Below, one piece after another: positions 1-11,600 of a stretch of 64,000 nt of DNA (its first letter is position 1; every line of letters starts with the position of its first letter). The notes under the pieces are model-generated. The model had not been told where the DNA came from, did no database searches, and worked only from the letters and a program-made list of their open reading frames with translations. The DNA comes from Amoeboaphelidium protococcarum X5 (lineage: Eukaryota > Fungi > Aphelidiomycota): the NCBI GenBank assembly GCA_023515725.1, contig JALDTO010000057.1:124001-188000 (forward strand), read 5' to 3'. The translations under genes and the position numbers were made by a program.

Positions 1-1389
1 GATGTCGAGGTGGGAAATTATCATTATGGTCCGTGGCATCCAATGAAGCCGCACCGGATTCGAATGACACACTCGCTCCTGCTCAACTATGGTCTCTATC
101 AGAAGCTGGACATTATACGCCCGCGCAAGGCCACTGTGAAGGAGATGACCAGATTCCATTCTGACGAGTACATTGACTTTCTGTACCGCGTGACTCCGGA
201 GACTTAGAATCAGTTTGTCAAGGACTAGCACAAGTATAATGTGGGAGAAGATTGCCCGGTGTTTGATGGTATTTTTGAGTTTTCATCCATTAGTGCTGGT
301 GGTTCTATACAAGGTGCTCAGCGACTCAACAGGGGAGACTGTGATGTGGCTATCAATTGGGCTGGTGGATTGCATCATGCCAAGCGAAATGAGGCTAGTG
401 GCTTTTGTTATGTGAACGACATTGTGCTAGCTATTCTGGAGCTGTTAAAGTACCATTAGCGCGTCTTGTACATTGACATTGACATTCATCACGGAGATGG
501 TGTGGAGGAGGCTTTCTACACTACGGACAGAGTTATGACGGCGTCCTTTCACAAGTTTGGCGAGTACTTCCCTGGGACTGGTGACCTGCGTGATATTGGA
601 CATGGTCGCGGTAAGAATTACTCTGTCAATTTCCCACTCAGAGATGGTATTGATGACCAGTCCTACAAGTCTATATTTGAGCCGGTTATTCAGGCAATCA
701 TGGACTGGTATAGACCGACGGCTATTGTGCTACAGTGCGGTGCAGATTCCCTGGCTGGGGATAGACTCGGCTGCTTTAATCTGTCTATGAAGGGACATTC
801 GCAGTGTGTAGAATTTGTGAAAAAGTTTGGCGTTCCCGTAATGTTACTAGGTGGCGGTGGATACACTATACGAAATGTGTCCAGAGTGTGGGCGTATGAG
901 ACTGGTTTGGCTATTGACACTAAACTGCCATAAGAGCTACCGTACAATGATTACTTTGAGTACTTTGGTCCGGACTTTGTACTGGATGTGCCGTCTAATA
1001 ATATGGACAATCTGAATACTCGAGAATATTTGGAAAAGACCAAGAACATTATACTGGAAAATTTGAGGCACATTCCACATGCTCCATCCGTGCAGTTGCA
1101 GCCACTAGTTGCCGACAGTTACAATGACGCGTTGGAGGAGATTGCAGAGGCTCGTGAGCGTAATGCTGATGAAAGAATTTCCATTATGGATAGTGACAAG
1201 CGGGTGGTGAGAGATGATGAGTTTTCCGACTCTGAGGATGAAGGAGATGACAGGCGAGATGTGTAGTCGTTTAAGGATGGTGTCGATTCTTCTAGTGTCT
1301 AGTCTGTTAAAGAGGACAAGAAGGTTAAGGATGCGGCGCTGATGAATGAGTATGGCGATTTGCTTGACGATACTATGGACATTGAATGA
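1..1389 (+). CDS. RPD3: Class I histone deacetylase Rpd3/HDAC1-like (5' truncated by window edge)
   Basis: Frame 1 is continuous when TAA/TAG are read as Gln. Motifs [58 protein letters not shown]; acidic C-terminal tail; ends in TGA 1387-1389. Confidence 0.96.
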
Positions 1390-1699
1390 CTTTTGTGGTG
1401 TGTCCTCTTATGTAAGTTACTTCTACAGTATTATGGTTCGTTTTGAAGCTTTATTTGGCGTCTTTCCTCTTTCTCTCTTTGCTGAGCTGATTTACAACTT
1501 GTCTCTACTTGAGATATCACCTTATGTACTAGTTCGGGATGTCTCGCAGTAATCAGAGACTAATGTATGGTGATTTCTTTATTTACAGGGCCCAAAAAAA
1601 TTGAGTTGCATGACAGACGAGTATAAGGGGAGAAAGTGCATTTTATTATTATTAAAATTCTCCTCAGCTAGGCATAATCAAGTACGACTAAACGTTAAT

Positions 1700-2520
1700 G
1701 AGCAATTAACTTTTGATATGTGCAGAGCATTGATAGTGTAAGCGCAGTCTTTAGACAAACTGGCAGTGACATTCTTCTGGGAACAAAGGCCCGCGCTTCA
1801 CATGGTCGATATCCTTAATGTCGGGGTGAGGATCACAACAAGCGGAAGCAGAAGAAGAGTCTGTAGAAGCTAAGACAGATGAGGCAGAAGAGATCCGGCA
1901 GATGAATACCACTATTTAGAGGACGACTACTTACACACATTTAACGTCTTTATCTCAGTATAACGCGTTCACCTCATTGGATAGCACCTTTACCATCTTA
2001 TAGAGAGTATCAGGCTCATTAGCCGACAAGATCAGGATACGTACATCAGTGTTTAGACTTTCTTCAGACTCCTAGCCTACAACGAAATTTCATTCCACCC
2101 TATTCCGTACGACAGAAATCTAAACTCTGCTGCATTAGCGGGAACCATCATTGAGCCTAACTTTAGTTCTCTCAACGCCTTCTCGCCGCAGTCTATTTAG
2201 CTAGCAGGGCATAGCCACTCCTCGAAACTAGCAATAAAACTGTCAAAGGTAAGAATCAACTTTCAATTGGAAACTACTTCGCCGATCGCTCATCTTTTAA
2301 TTCATTCTCAATAAGATGTAACTCACTCTTCCTTATACTAAGAGGGGTTTCTATAATAGGATCTTAGTACTTGCTGGCTTTCTTAGTAAGAAGCAATCCG
2401 ACAGTCTTAATCTTAATATCGTCGGTAGCAAAGGCATCTGGATGTAAATCAAACATGAGTTGACACTAGTTGACAAACGAACGGAGCACCGATACAGATC
2501 CATCGTACTTTTCAGGATAT
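1700..2520 (-). mobile_element. Degenerate Ty3/gypsy LTR-retrotransposon gag relic
   Basis: Minus-strand fragments with frameshifts: YPEKYDGSVSVLRSFVNQCQLMFDLHPDAFATDDIKI, TFDSFIASFEE...ALRELKLG...AAEFRFLSYGIGWNE, SLNTDVRILIL..EPDTL, and a decayed DID..RGPL.PEE zinc-knuckle region. These match the retrotransposon Gag pattern. Boundaries approximate. Confidence 0.75.
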
Positions 2521-2699
2521 ATAATGGAATGCTTTAAACTAAGACACTGGAACTTTGTGACTTTTACCATGAATTGGTCGCGTCTGATACTATAAGAACT
2601 ACATTTAGACTCCCAACTGGCTAATAATCAGTAGCAACTGAGTTACGTCAACGGGAGAATTAGTACGGTACCAGACACCTTAATGAACGTGTTAAGTGT

Positions 2700-3710
2700 T
2701 ACTAACTTGAAGACAAACCATATGCACAAAAGGCACTATAGAAGAGAGATTACATGCTATAACGGTGGCATCACATAAAGATCAGTAGATCTAGTCGATT
2801 CAACACGATATCGTATATACTCAGGGACACTTAAGATGCTATGGAATCTTTCAACGCTTTCACGTGCAGTAGCACCAAAGAGGCGGCTAGAGCGACTTAA
2901 AACTTTGTCAACTTGATAAGGAAAGGCTTTAATTTCACGTCGGGGACAACATTGAAATGTACAAGGCCGTTTGCATAATTATACTGCTAAAGGAACTGCA
3001 TCAGACGCAAGTATCTGTGCCAGTTAGGTAAAAAGTGACCCTTTCTACCAGTCAGAATTGGCGTCCCAGGTAGATTATAGGATAAACATCGGAGTAGATT
3101 CTGTTGACAGAGGCACAGAATCCTTGCGGGACACGGTGCCTGTCGCCGATATTTACCAGTTAAGCCATATCATTCAATGTGAGGAGGATTCTGCGCACCT
3201 TATTATCGATTGCCTCAATCCAAAGCTTCACCACTCTAGCGCGTTTCAGGATGCGAAAAGCCGGCACTTTCGATAGTTCGTAGACCAGGTACTCCTTGAT
3301 GCGATTCTCAACGTTCATCATAACTTGCACCCAACAATGCCTCTGATAGGACTCAGCAATGTTTGTCAACATAACCGCCATAATTGGAGCGCATTAACGC
3401 AAATGGAACATCAGGACGCGATTAAAGCCATTCAGCATAAGAAAATCCGCAGCACAGATCTTTCTTAGTTCACGTAGATTGCCGTATGACAAAGTCACGC
3501 CACTTGGGTGGAGGTGAATTTTCATCAAGATTCAATATGGCGACTGACTGGAATATGTCTTATCTTTAGATAATCTAAATCAGGAGCTTCCATATGACTA
3601 AATAGCTCCTCCTCCAGGAAATTGTATGTGTACAGTATATACGAAACAAGGATACCGCATCAGGAATCTATTTCCATACCAAAGTTCACTAAGATTATTC
3701 ATACCATCTT
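2700..3710 (-). pseudogene. Fanzor1-like (TnpB-derived) N-terminal relic with frameshifts; no RuvC found
   Basis: Stitched minus frames: DGMNNLSELWY..RFL, PDLDYLKIRHI/FQSV, LTNIAESYQRHCWVQVMMNVENRIKEYL, PNWHRYLRLMQFL, HFNVVP.VKLKPFLIKL, STDLY. The order and character resemble the Fanzor1 WED/REC region. Recognised from memory of the family pattern only. Confidence 0.45.
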
Positions 3711-3758
3711 TTTTCTATGAGACTAGAAATAAGTGTATACAGGCTAAAAAACTATTAA

Positions 3759-4100
3759 CAAGTTTATAGAATGAAATCAATAGTTATGAGTGGCGCGTAT
3801 AAATACTGCATGTACTTGCCTATTCGGGATGAAAAAAACGAGAGAGGCGCGCTATTTTAACTCGGTAGTGTTGATCTTTTAAGCCTCTCAGATGCCAGCT
3901 GTTGACACTTAGTCTACGCGCAATTTCTTAATTGTGTTAGCACACGCGTCGATCAAGTATTAACAGCTGACTCTGTGGGGCTTAGATGATCAACATTGTT
4001 TCAAGTGCGCGCCTCTCTCATCATAGTCATCCCGAACAGGCAAGTATCTGCAGTATTTATACGCGCCTCTTATGAACATTGATTTCTTCCACTTAACGTG
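3759..4100. mobile_element. Foldback MITE-like element (~342 bp imperfect palindrome) flanked by TTAA
   Basis: The left arm is the reverse complement of the right arm over ~160 bp, e.g. GGCGCGTATAAATACTGCATGTACTTGCCTATTCGGGATGA versus rc GGCGCGTATAAATACTGCAGATACTTGCCTGTTCGGGATGA. Central loop ~20 nt. TTAA at 3755-3758 and 4101-4104. Confidence 0.75.
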
Positions 4101-4245
4101 TTAATAGAGTACTTATCTTATTAACATATTTTATCTTCCTGTACTTCTGTTGGTGTCTCTGTTTGACTCTTAGTCTTTGTATATAGCTTCCCTTCTGTTC
4201 CTATTGGGTATATAGTCTGTCCTAGAGTATCAAGTATTAACGCGA

Positions 4246-4317
4246 GCGCATGTGGCGCAATGGTAGCGTGTCCCTCTCCTAAAGGGAAGGTTCACAGTTC
4301 GAGTCTGTGCATGCGCG
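4246..4317 (+). tRNA. tRNA-Arg (anticodon CCT)
   Basis: Acceptor stem GCGCATG/CATGCGC, D arm GCGC-AATGGTA-GCGT, anticodon stem TCCCT/AGGGA with loop CT-CCT-AA, T arm CACAG-TTCGAGT-CTGTG; T run downstream. Confidence 0.93.
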
Positions 4318-4799
4318 TATCCTATATTTTTGGTCGACTTTATAATGTCTTATGTCTACCAACACGTCGTCGGAATCTGATACTACGTCTGACACTGGTA
4401 TTAGTGATGCAGATACCTCTTAGCTGTGATGTGATGGAAATAATACTAAGAAGGACTAAAGGTCACAAGAGTCTTTGACATTGAGTTTGAGTAATATCAA
4501 TCATTTATAGATGGGCTGAAATCCAATCATTTTGATAGATGTTCAGAAAAATTAAAGGCAAATCTATATGAGCATTGTATTTTATTCTCAACTTTGCAAA
4601 ACCGTATAAATCAAATTTCTCCGTTCTTCTATCTGGCAACCTTAGCTGACAGGTCGGTTGATTCAGTGCCTCCTCCTTCAACAAGAAAAAAACAATTTTA
4701 ATTGTAACTGCATCACAAGATTGGATTTCTACCCAAACCACGCAAGGCGTTTTTAATGGGCACTTTTGCAGGAAGATTTGCATAAGAGCAATCTTGAGA

Positions 4800-5720
4800 T
4801 ATCCCAGTAAGAACAAAGCATTTCTGCTTCATATCCTGAGAGTGCCTCCTTCAACAACAGGCTCTTCGATGCTCTATTCGAATATGAAGCTGGAATTAGA
4901 GGCATACTACTTAAGAAAAATGGTTATTACGATATCAAGAAGTCTGGTAGAATTAGAAAAAGTTGTATGCAAATTTCCCGGTGTACGGTGCCGGTGTTGA
5001 TATTGGAGTTCGCAATGTCCAGAAAGTGACGAAATTAACGGAATGTCCATTTGCAATGAGACTTTCGGAGGATGATTATTCAATTGCAATCTTTCAAAGC
5101 TCGCATAATCATGACTTCCATTCCTCTTAAGATATTGATCGATTCACATCTACTGTATGTTAATCATCAGGCTAAGCGTAATTAGAGTACATTCTGCACT
5201 AATGAAGAAGTCGCCCTTCTATCTAAGGCTGGTTTGAGCACTAAGGACATAACGGAGGTAATCAATACTAAATTGTCATTGGCTGGCATATAATGTAAAA
5301 CAAGTTACCAGCAGATTAATTACAAAAGAAACACGTTCGCGCCTGTTGGGTCATAAGAGTCGCCATCAGATATTTTGACATTTTTGAAGTAGAAGTAGGA
5401 GACTTGTGGCTGGAAATTCCAGCTCAACACAGACAACGATTAGAGATTGTAATCTATATTCTGGATATCTCCTAACATGGCTTATATGCTACAATAGAAT
5501 GCTGATGTAGTGGTAGTTGACGCCACTTACTATATAAACTGATTTGATCAGTGAACTATAAACACCAGTTTAAAAACAAGCATAATGTCGCATTAATTAC
5601 AACAAGAATGCGATGCGTTACGTGCTCATGACGTGTTGTTGCTAAGAAATGAGGTGTATTATAAGTTCAAGGATAAGCTAGAGTCATACTTCTCTTCTTG
5701 AAAAAATGCGTGCAAGATTG
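4800..5720 (+). mobile_element. Degenerate Mutator/MULE (FAR1-type) transposase relic
   Basis: TKLTECPFAMRL...HNHDF (FAR1 DNA-binding domain) at ~5025-5120; DNDQRLQSIFWISP...ADVVVVDATY (first catalytic Asp region) at ~5430-5530; LESYFSS later. Contains frameshifts and in-frame TGA. Confidence 0.8.
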
Positions 5721-5949
5721 CTCTAATTGGCTTAAGTTATGAGTTATCGTAGTTATACATCGCGTCTATGAAATACTTGCATCATCCGAGTCCGTAAATA
5801 AATAGAGTTTTCTTTGGTCACTTTGCTGAAATTTAAAAGCATGGTCAATGCTAATTTTACCAAATGCTCCGCGATATCAGTGGGATTTTGGAGATTCTTG
5901 ATTGTGATGCGCGATTTAAACTGTTTATCAACGGTCACAAGCTTGGATT

Positions 5950-6760
5950 CGCGTTAGAAGGTTCTTATGAGGTGATTGTGAAGACAATACCAAAGATATC
6001 CAAGCCAGCGGACTAGACAAAGGTGGTGTCTATCAACAATTTTCATTCGAAAGAATGCGTTGGACCTAGAAATCTTCCCATGGGCGAGCATTGGATCCAG
6101 AGACTTCCCTGTATATTTAGGCAGCAGAAAACCATCCCAAGCCAGGGATAGGTGAAAGTGTTCAATGCAGATTGTTTTGGAGCCCACCGAAAGTCCCAAG
6201 GCGGTATATGCTTGCCTACAACTTAATACCATTCATGCGACAACGCTTTTAAAAGTTGGCTGGCAAGAATGGTCAGCTTCAGAGAGACTTGCATATGATT
6301 TTGCGAGGCTTATGTGAAATTGTTGGCTGCGGCTCCAAGTCAGTGATGGGCATGCTGACTTGTGGAGAGCTTGTAGACTTCTCCGCTTAGAAAAAGAATA
6401 GACGTAAGGCGGCAAAAGTTGGAAGGTAATTAGTATATAACCAAGCAATTTCAGCTTTACAGCGGACAAGCTCTGGTGCTTCTAGAAGGCTGTGCAGAGA
6501 TCTTGGAATCATTTACAGGCATGGCATTCAACGCCATCTAATGTAAGGATGTTTCCTTGAAGATTGATCTGCCTTGGTAGAAAACTGCCAACGTGGACTT
6601 TCTTCTTCTCGGACCTACTGAAATAGACTGTATGGAGCTTGATCAAGGCCATAACAAGCTAGATAACTGTTTTTCAGCTCTGCTAGGTATCGTCACCTGT
6701 CAAGATATGATGAGGACGTTGAGCTATGTAGAATGCAATACCGAATATGGGATTTAATAT
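5950..6760 (-). mobile_element. Degenerate chromovirus (Ty3/gypsy) integrase C-terminus with chromodomain
   Basis: Minus-strand fragments AWLYTNYLPT, YRL..LSVGSKTI..HFHLSL (GPY/F-associated region), EDFQVQRILS and CLVRWLGY (chromodomain-like). Heavily frameshifted. Confidence 0.55.
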
Positions 6761-6849
6761 CATTTTGAAGTCCAAAAATAGGGGCTGACATTAATTTGTT
6801 TTACTGTATAATGCTGCTTGGATGTTTTTATTTGTCTACAAATGGCGCA

Positions 6850-6921
6850 ACGTCATTGGCGCAATGGTAGCGTACTTGACTTCTAATCAAATGGTTCACA
6901 GTTCGAGTCTGTGATGACGCG
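6850..6921 (+). tRNA. tRNA-Arg (anticodon TCT)
   Basis: D and T arms identical to the tRNA at 4246; anticodon loop CT-TCT-AA; followed by a T6 terminator. A1:C72 and C27:A43 mismatches mean it may be a weakened copy. Confidence 0.85.
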
Positions 6922-7120
6922 TCTTTTTTGGTTTGTTCAATATATAAATGACCAAAATTATTATTTTTGGGTATTCCCACTTTATATTTCGATTTCCTAT
7001 TGATGAGTTATCGATACAAGTGATTGTTTAATTGTTTTGTTGTGATTCGCCTCAATTTTCTCAACAATTTTATCTCGACAAAAGTTTCTATCTGTTGGAA
7101 CATTCGCTTAATAATCACAA

Positions 7121-9382
7121 ATGACCAGAACTGATTCAAGACTGTATAAAACACAATATGAGCCGTATGATATTTAAATCAAAATGATGGACGCTCTGTA
7201 TGAGTGCATTGGCAAGCACAAGGTTGGCCTGTTCGCCTCCCCTACAGGAACGGGCAAAAGTTCCTCTCTGCTCTGCGGTACCATGCAATGGATAATAGAT
7301 GAGTAGGAATCTATACCTGGGCACTTGCACGGGGAGGAAGATTGGGTAGTTTAGCATCTAAAGAGAAAGAAGTTGGCAATCTAGCAAAAGCTTTCAACTT
7401 CGTAGGCTCAAAGTAACGACTTGAGACATGCGATCAAGCGCGTAAAGAAAGTTGAAAATATCACTTTGGGCGAAGATGATGATGATCTGCTGCCTGAAGA
7501 GTATGAAGAAAGTTCTCTGGCGCGCGCTAGACATCTATATGAGTTGCTTGATGAACCTGAACCTGCTGACGATGCCGACTAAATCAGATTGATATTCTGC
7601 TCTAGGACTCATTCTTAATTGAATTAGATCGTACATGAATTACGCGGCACGGGATACAATGTCAAAGGCGTGACGCTGGCCAGTAGAAAGAATTACTGTA
7701 TTCACCCGCAAGTAAATAAGTTTAATGATGTTTTGCGTCTGAATGATGCGTGTAAAGATTTGGTTTAGAAAGAGCAATGCTCGTACTATGATGAGACATT
7801 ACTTTAGCAATATACTGATCTGAGTGAGCCGCTAGATATCGAGGAACTGGTTTAGTATGGTAAGCGAATTCACGTCTGTCCATACTATGGAAGTTAGAAA
7901 GTCATTTCTTCATCCACAGTCGTCACCATGCCTTATAATTTTCTTCTGTCAAAGTAGTCTCGAGATGCAGCTGGTCTCAACATTAAAGATTAAATAATAG
8001 TAATCGACGAGGCGCATAATGTTTTGGATGCTATAACATAAACTGTAGAGTGCCCAGTCAAGTTTACTGATATTGCGGCTGCTTTGTAGTCTCTTGAATT
8101 GTATCTTACCAAGTATCACTCCCGATTAAAAGGTGTCAATATGGTGTATATAAAGTAATTGATCAAATTCTTGAAAGAGTTTGATGGCGTTAGTTCTTCT
8201 TCGACAGAGAATGTATTCCAGATTGAAGATTTCCTGTCGACATGCAAGCTGGAAGATCTAAATCTACATCGAATTATCGAGTACTTGGATAAGAGTAAAT
8301 TGTTTTTTAAGGTGCTGTAGTTTTAGGAATAATCTCAGGCTCAAGATTTGGATGCGCGACTGAACGCTTATACTTCCAAGTATCAATCTCCTCTTCATCT
8401 GATATCTAGATTTTTGCAGTCTCTTACTTATCCATCTGCTAGTGGCCGTGTGATAAAGACTGAGGACTCGTTCAAATTTTGCCTTCTTAATCCATCAGAG
8501 CTCTTTGCTGATTTGGTGAGAGAGGCTCGATGTGTTATACTAGCTGGTGGCACGATGGAACCAGTGGATGAGTACTTGAGCATCATCCCTCCAGAGTTTC
8601 ATGATGACATTTTTAGGTTCTCCTGCGATCACATTATCCCTCCCGATAATCTATGCTTGATATCTCTGAAATAAGGTCCTAGTAAGTAGCACTTAAATTT
8701 CACGTATGAAAATCGTAGTAATGAGGCAATGATCAAAGAGCTCTTTGTCACTTTGTACAACTTGTCAAGTGTAGTCGCTAATGGCCTTGTTGTATTTTTC
8801 CCGTCTTACAGTACTATGGATAGTATAGTGGCGTCTTGGAATAAGGATAAATTCATGGATAGACTGAGCAAAAAGAAGGATATCTATACAGAGCCAAAGT
8901 TGCAGCAGGACCTCGATAATGTGTTTAAATCTTATGGAGACTCTGCATTGACTCAGAAAGGCGCAATCTTATTTAGTATTGTTGGTGGTAAAATGTCGGA
9001 GGGCATCAATTTCAAGGATGAACTATGTCGTTGTGTACTGATGGTTGGATTACCGTATCCCTCTATTGCCAGTGTGGAAATTCAAGTCAAAATGGCATAC
9101 TTGGATGATCAGAAGCGTTCCGATCCTCGAGGCATCAGTGGCAAAGAGTATTATGAGAATCTGTGTATGAAAGCTGTCAATCAGTCAATAGGGAGAGCTA
9201 TTAGACATAAAAATGATTACGCTGCCATAGTCCTGGTCGATTAAAGGTATGCTAACGAAAAGATTGTTAAAAAGTTGCCTCACTGGATGACGACGAACAT
9301 GCATCGACCAGAGACTTTTGGTGAATCAATGATCACTCTAACTAGATTCTTTAAAGCAAAGCGTAAGACAGAAATGAAATGA
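7121..9382 (+). CDS. CHL1: DDX11/Chl1 Fe-S DNA helicase
   Basis: Q motif PYDIQ (Q=TAA), SPTGTGKS, SRTHSQ, IIVIDEAHN, AGGTMEP, GKMSEGINF, NQSIGRAIRH. Intronless, 753 aa, TGA stop. Confidence 0.95.
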
Positions 9383-9412
9383 TATTGTGAACATTCTGTA
9401 TATATTACATAT

Positions 9413-9979
9413 TCATGTGCTTCCAATAATTTGCTTGGAAATAATTATAAACGTGGTTCTGTTATTGTCATCATCTTGAATACCTTCACTAATCAGCTAA
9501 AGCGATGGATATATATATAAACATATTTTATTGCATATCGCAGCAGAGTTACGCGTCTCGCTGGCTTTGAGAGCAGCCTGTGCAGTGCTTTGGCATTCAA
9601 CAAAGTTCCATTTAGAATGAGACGCCAGAAATCTACGACACTACTTAAAAGCTTCTGGATGGGAGTAAACTGAAGTGACTTCAATACCATCTTAATGCTG
9701 ACTCAGTAAGCAATGATTAATGGCAATTGTCACTTTGCTACCACTAATGATCAATTCATCTTAATACTGCTCCAGTAATCTCTTTGTTATTTCAATGTCG
9801 CCAATCTGAGAGTTGTAGTAAGGAGCTACACCTTGATCAACTTCGCCGTAAAGCACCAGTCGGAACACGTCCTGAATAGACTGAGCCTCTTCAAACTATA
9901 CATCCTATCTCTCTCTAAATAGCTCCAACGCAGCTTGCTAAGAGTATGTACCCCGCGGGCCAAGAAATGCAACTTTCAT
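9413..9979 (-). CDS. Prephenate dehydratase-like protein, catalytic domain only (no ACT domain)
   Basis: KVAFLGPRGTYS, GVAPYYNS, INHCLL, VYSHPEAFKQCRRFL, STAQAA, IQDDDNNRTTFIII; 188 aa, TGA stop. Confidence 0.85.
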
Positions 9980-10739
9980 GACTAGTATTATAAATGGGAG
10001 TTTCTTCTGCTGAAAATGACCCTGAAAGTGGTTAAATGTACGCGTTATATTTATCAAGTAAAAAGGTGAAATGTAGTATAAATTTTTAAAGAGCAGATCA
10101 GATTTCTCTGGCTTTCCATTGTGGAGCAGCGACTCCACGTCGGTAATCTCGTCATTGTCGATCGGAGATCTATATACCATTCAAATCATCATATCAATCT
10201 TTATAAAAACAACCTCATCCACAATACTAAAGATGAGATCAACGATACTCACATGAGATTCAACACCTAATAGGAGAGTACTAAATCTCACGGCCATGAT
10301 CATGATTCTTGGAGCCAAATGTAACAAGGTGGCTGCTCCTTTCAGCATATTATCGCGCTCAAGTCTCACAAAGATGAGAGGCGCGTATAATTTCTGAACT
10401 AGTACATCAAATCATTTCATGATTTTTCACCACAAAGGATGGATCTTTAAGAAGAAGAAGAGAGTGAGTGGAGCTACGCGGCTTAAATTCTCAGACTGAA
10501 TTTGAGCAATTTTCTTCGGTTTGCCGATTCGACTTCGCAAAAGCTTGGCGACCCTAATGATTATCACGCCTCGATACAGCAGAAGCTGAACGCGTCTTGC
10601 TTACGAGAATCAGTAATCAGTATCAATCGTTCCTACTAACTACTTTGTCTCTGCTTAATTTCACATATTCTCCATATAGATTTCGACTTTGATTTAAATA
10701 TTTTGTTGAGTAATTCATAGTTTACTGTAAAATAGTGTA

Positions 10740-11600
10740 ATGAAACATCTTACGATTGATGCTGACGGATTTCCTTTATCGGCGACACTGTTTGAACCCG
10801 ATAATGCACCGAAAGCCGTAGTATTAATTTAATCTGCAACTGGAGTTAAGCGATAGTTTTACAGAAGATATGCCTAGTATCTGATGGAGTAAGGTTGCGC
10901 TGTACTCATATATGATTATCGCGGCGTGGGAGAATCTATACCGGCTAATGGGCTTACTGCAATTCATGCTGACATTAGAACGTCGTGGGCTGTCAAAGAT
11001 TAAGGAGCGGTGACCAAGTTCTTAATCGATCGATATCCGTCAGTGTCTCTCCATATGGTTTGCCATTCTGTAGGTTGCCACATTACTCCAATGAATCCGT
11101 ACATTAACAGAGTTCGCCGTGTCCTGTTTGTGGGCGCCAACTCTGCACACTGGCGATATGCTCGATCTAGAATGTCATTACTGGCATTTCCTTATTATGT
11201 TGCAGTGACTACTAGACTACTTGGCTACTTCCCAGCGGGTAAAATTAACTTATGCGACGATCTCCCTAGCGGTATAGGATATGATTGGTCAAGATGGTCG
11301 CGTTTTATAGAGTATTGCACAGTGGATCCGGAGATTAATGCCGCATACAAGGCGTTCCGAGTTGAAAGTCTCAGTCTGTGCTTCGCCGATGATCATCTCT
11401 GCCATTACGAAGCATTTAAATCCTGGGTGGACTTATTCAGTGACGAGCCAGGTAGAAAGCCGCGGCTACGATACTTGAATCCGTCTGATGTCGGGTTGAA
11501 ACGCGTAGATCATATGGGCTTCTTCTATGACACTAATAAGGAGGCTCTATGGGTACCATATACGTAATGGCTACTTTGCGGCGAATAGGCTAAATTGTGA
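10740..11600 (+). CDS. Alpha/beta hydrolase resembling the bacterial COG4757-type predicted hydrolases
   Basis: DGFPLSATLF, SATGVKRQFYRRYA, YDYRGVGES, CHSVG nucleophile elbow, FADD, DHMGFF..LW; 286 aa, intronless, 7 in-frame TAR Gln codons. Confidence 0.85.

Noticed and set aside
1902-3038. Long plus-strand TGA-free ORF
   Set aside because: No recognisable protein; it is the antisense shadow of the minus-strand gag and Fanzor-like relics. Long ORFs arise easily with one stop codon.
6850-6921. Possible suppressor tRNA-Gln(CTA), since the loop contains TTCTAA
   Set aside because: The stem register CTTGA/TCAAA puts TCT at positions 34-36, and the body matches the neighbouring tRNA-Arg.
10070-10759. 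TGA-free plus-strand frame between the PDT and hydrolase genes
   Set aside because: No motif, unclear start, and it overlaps the next gene's start. It may be a real orphan but cannot be supported.
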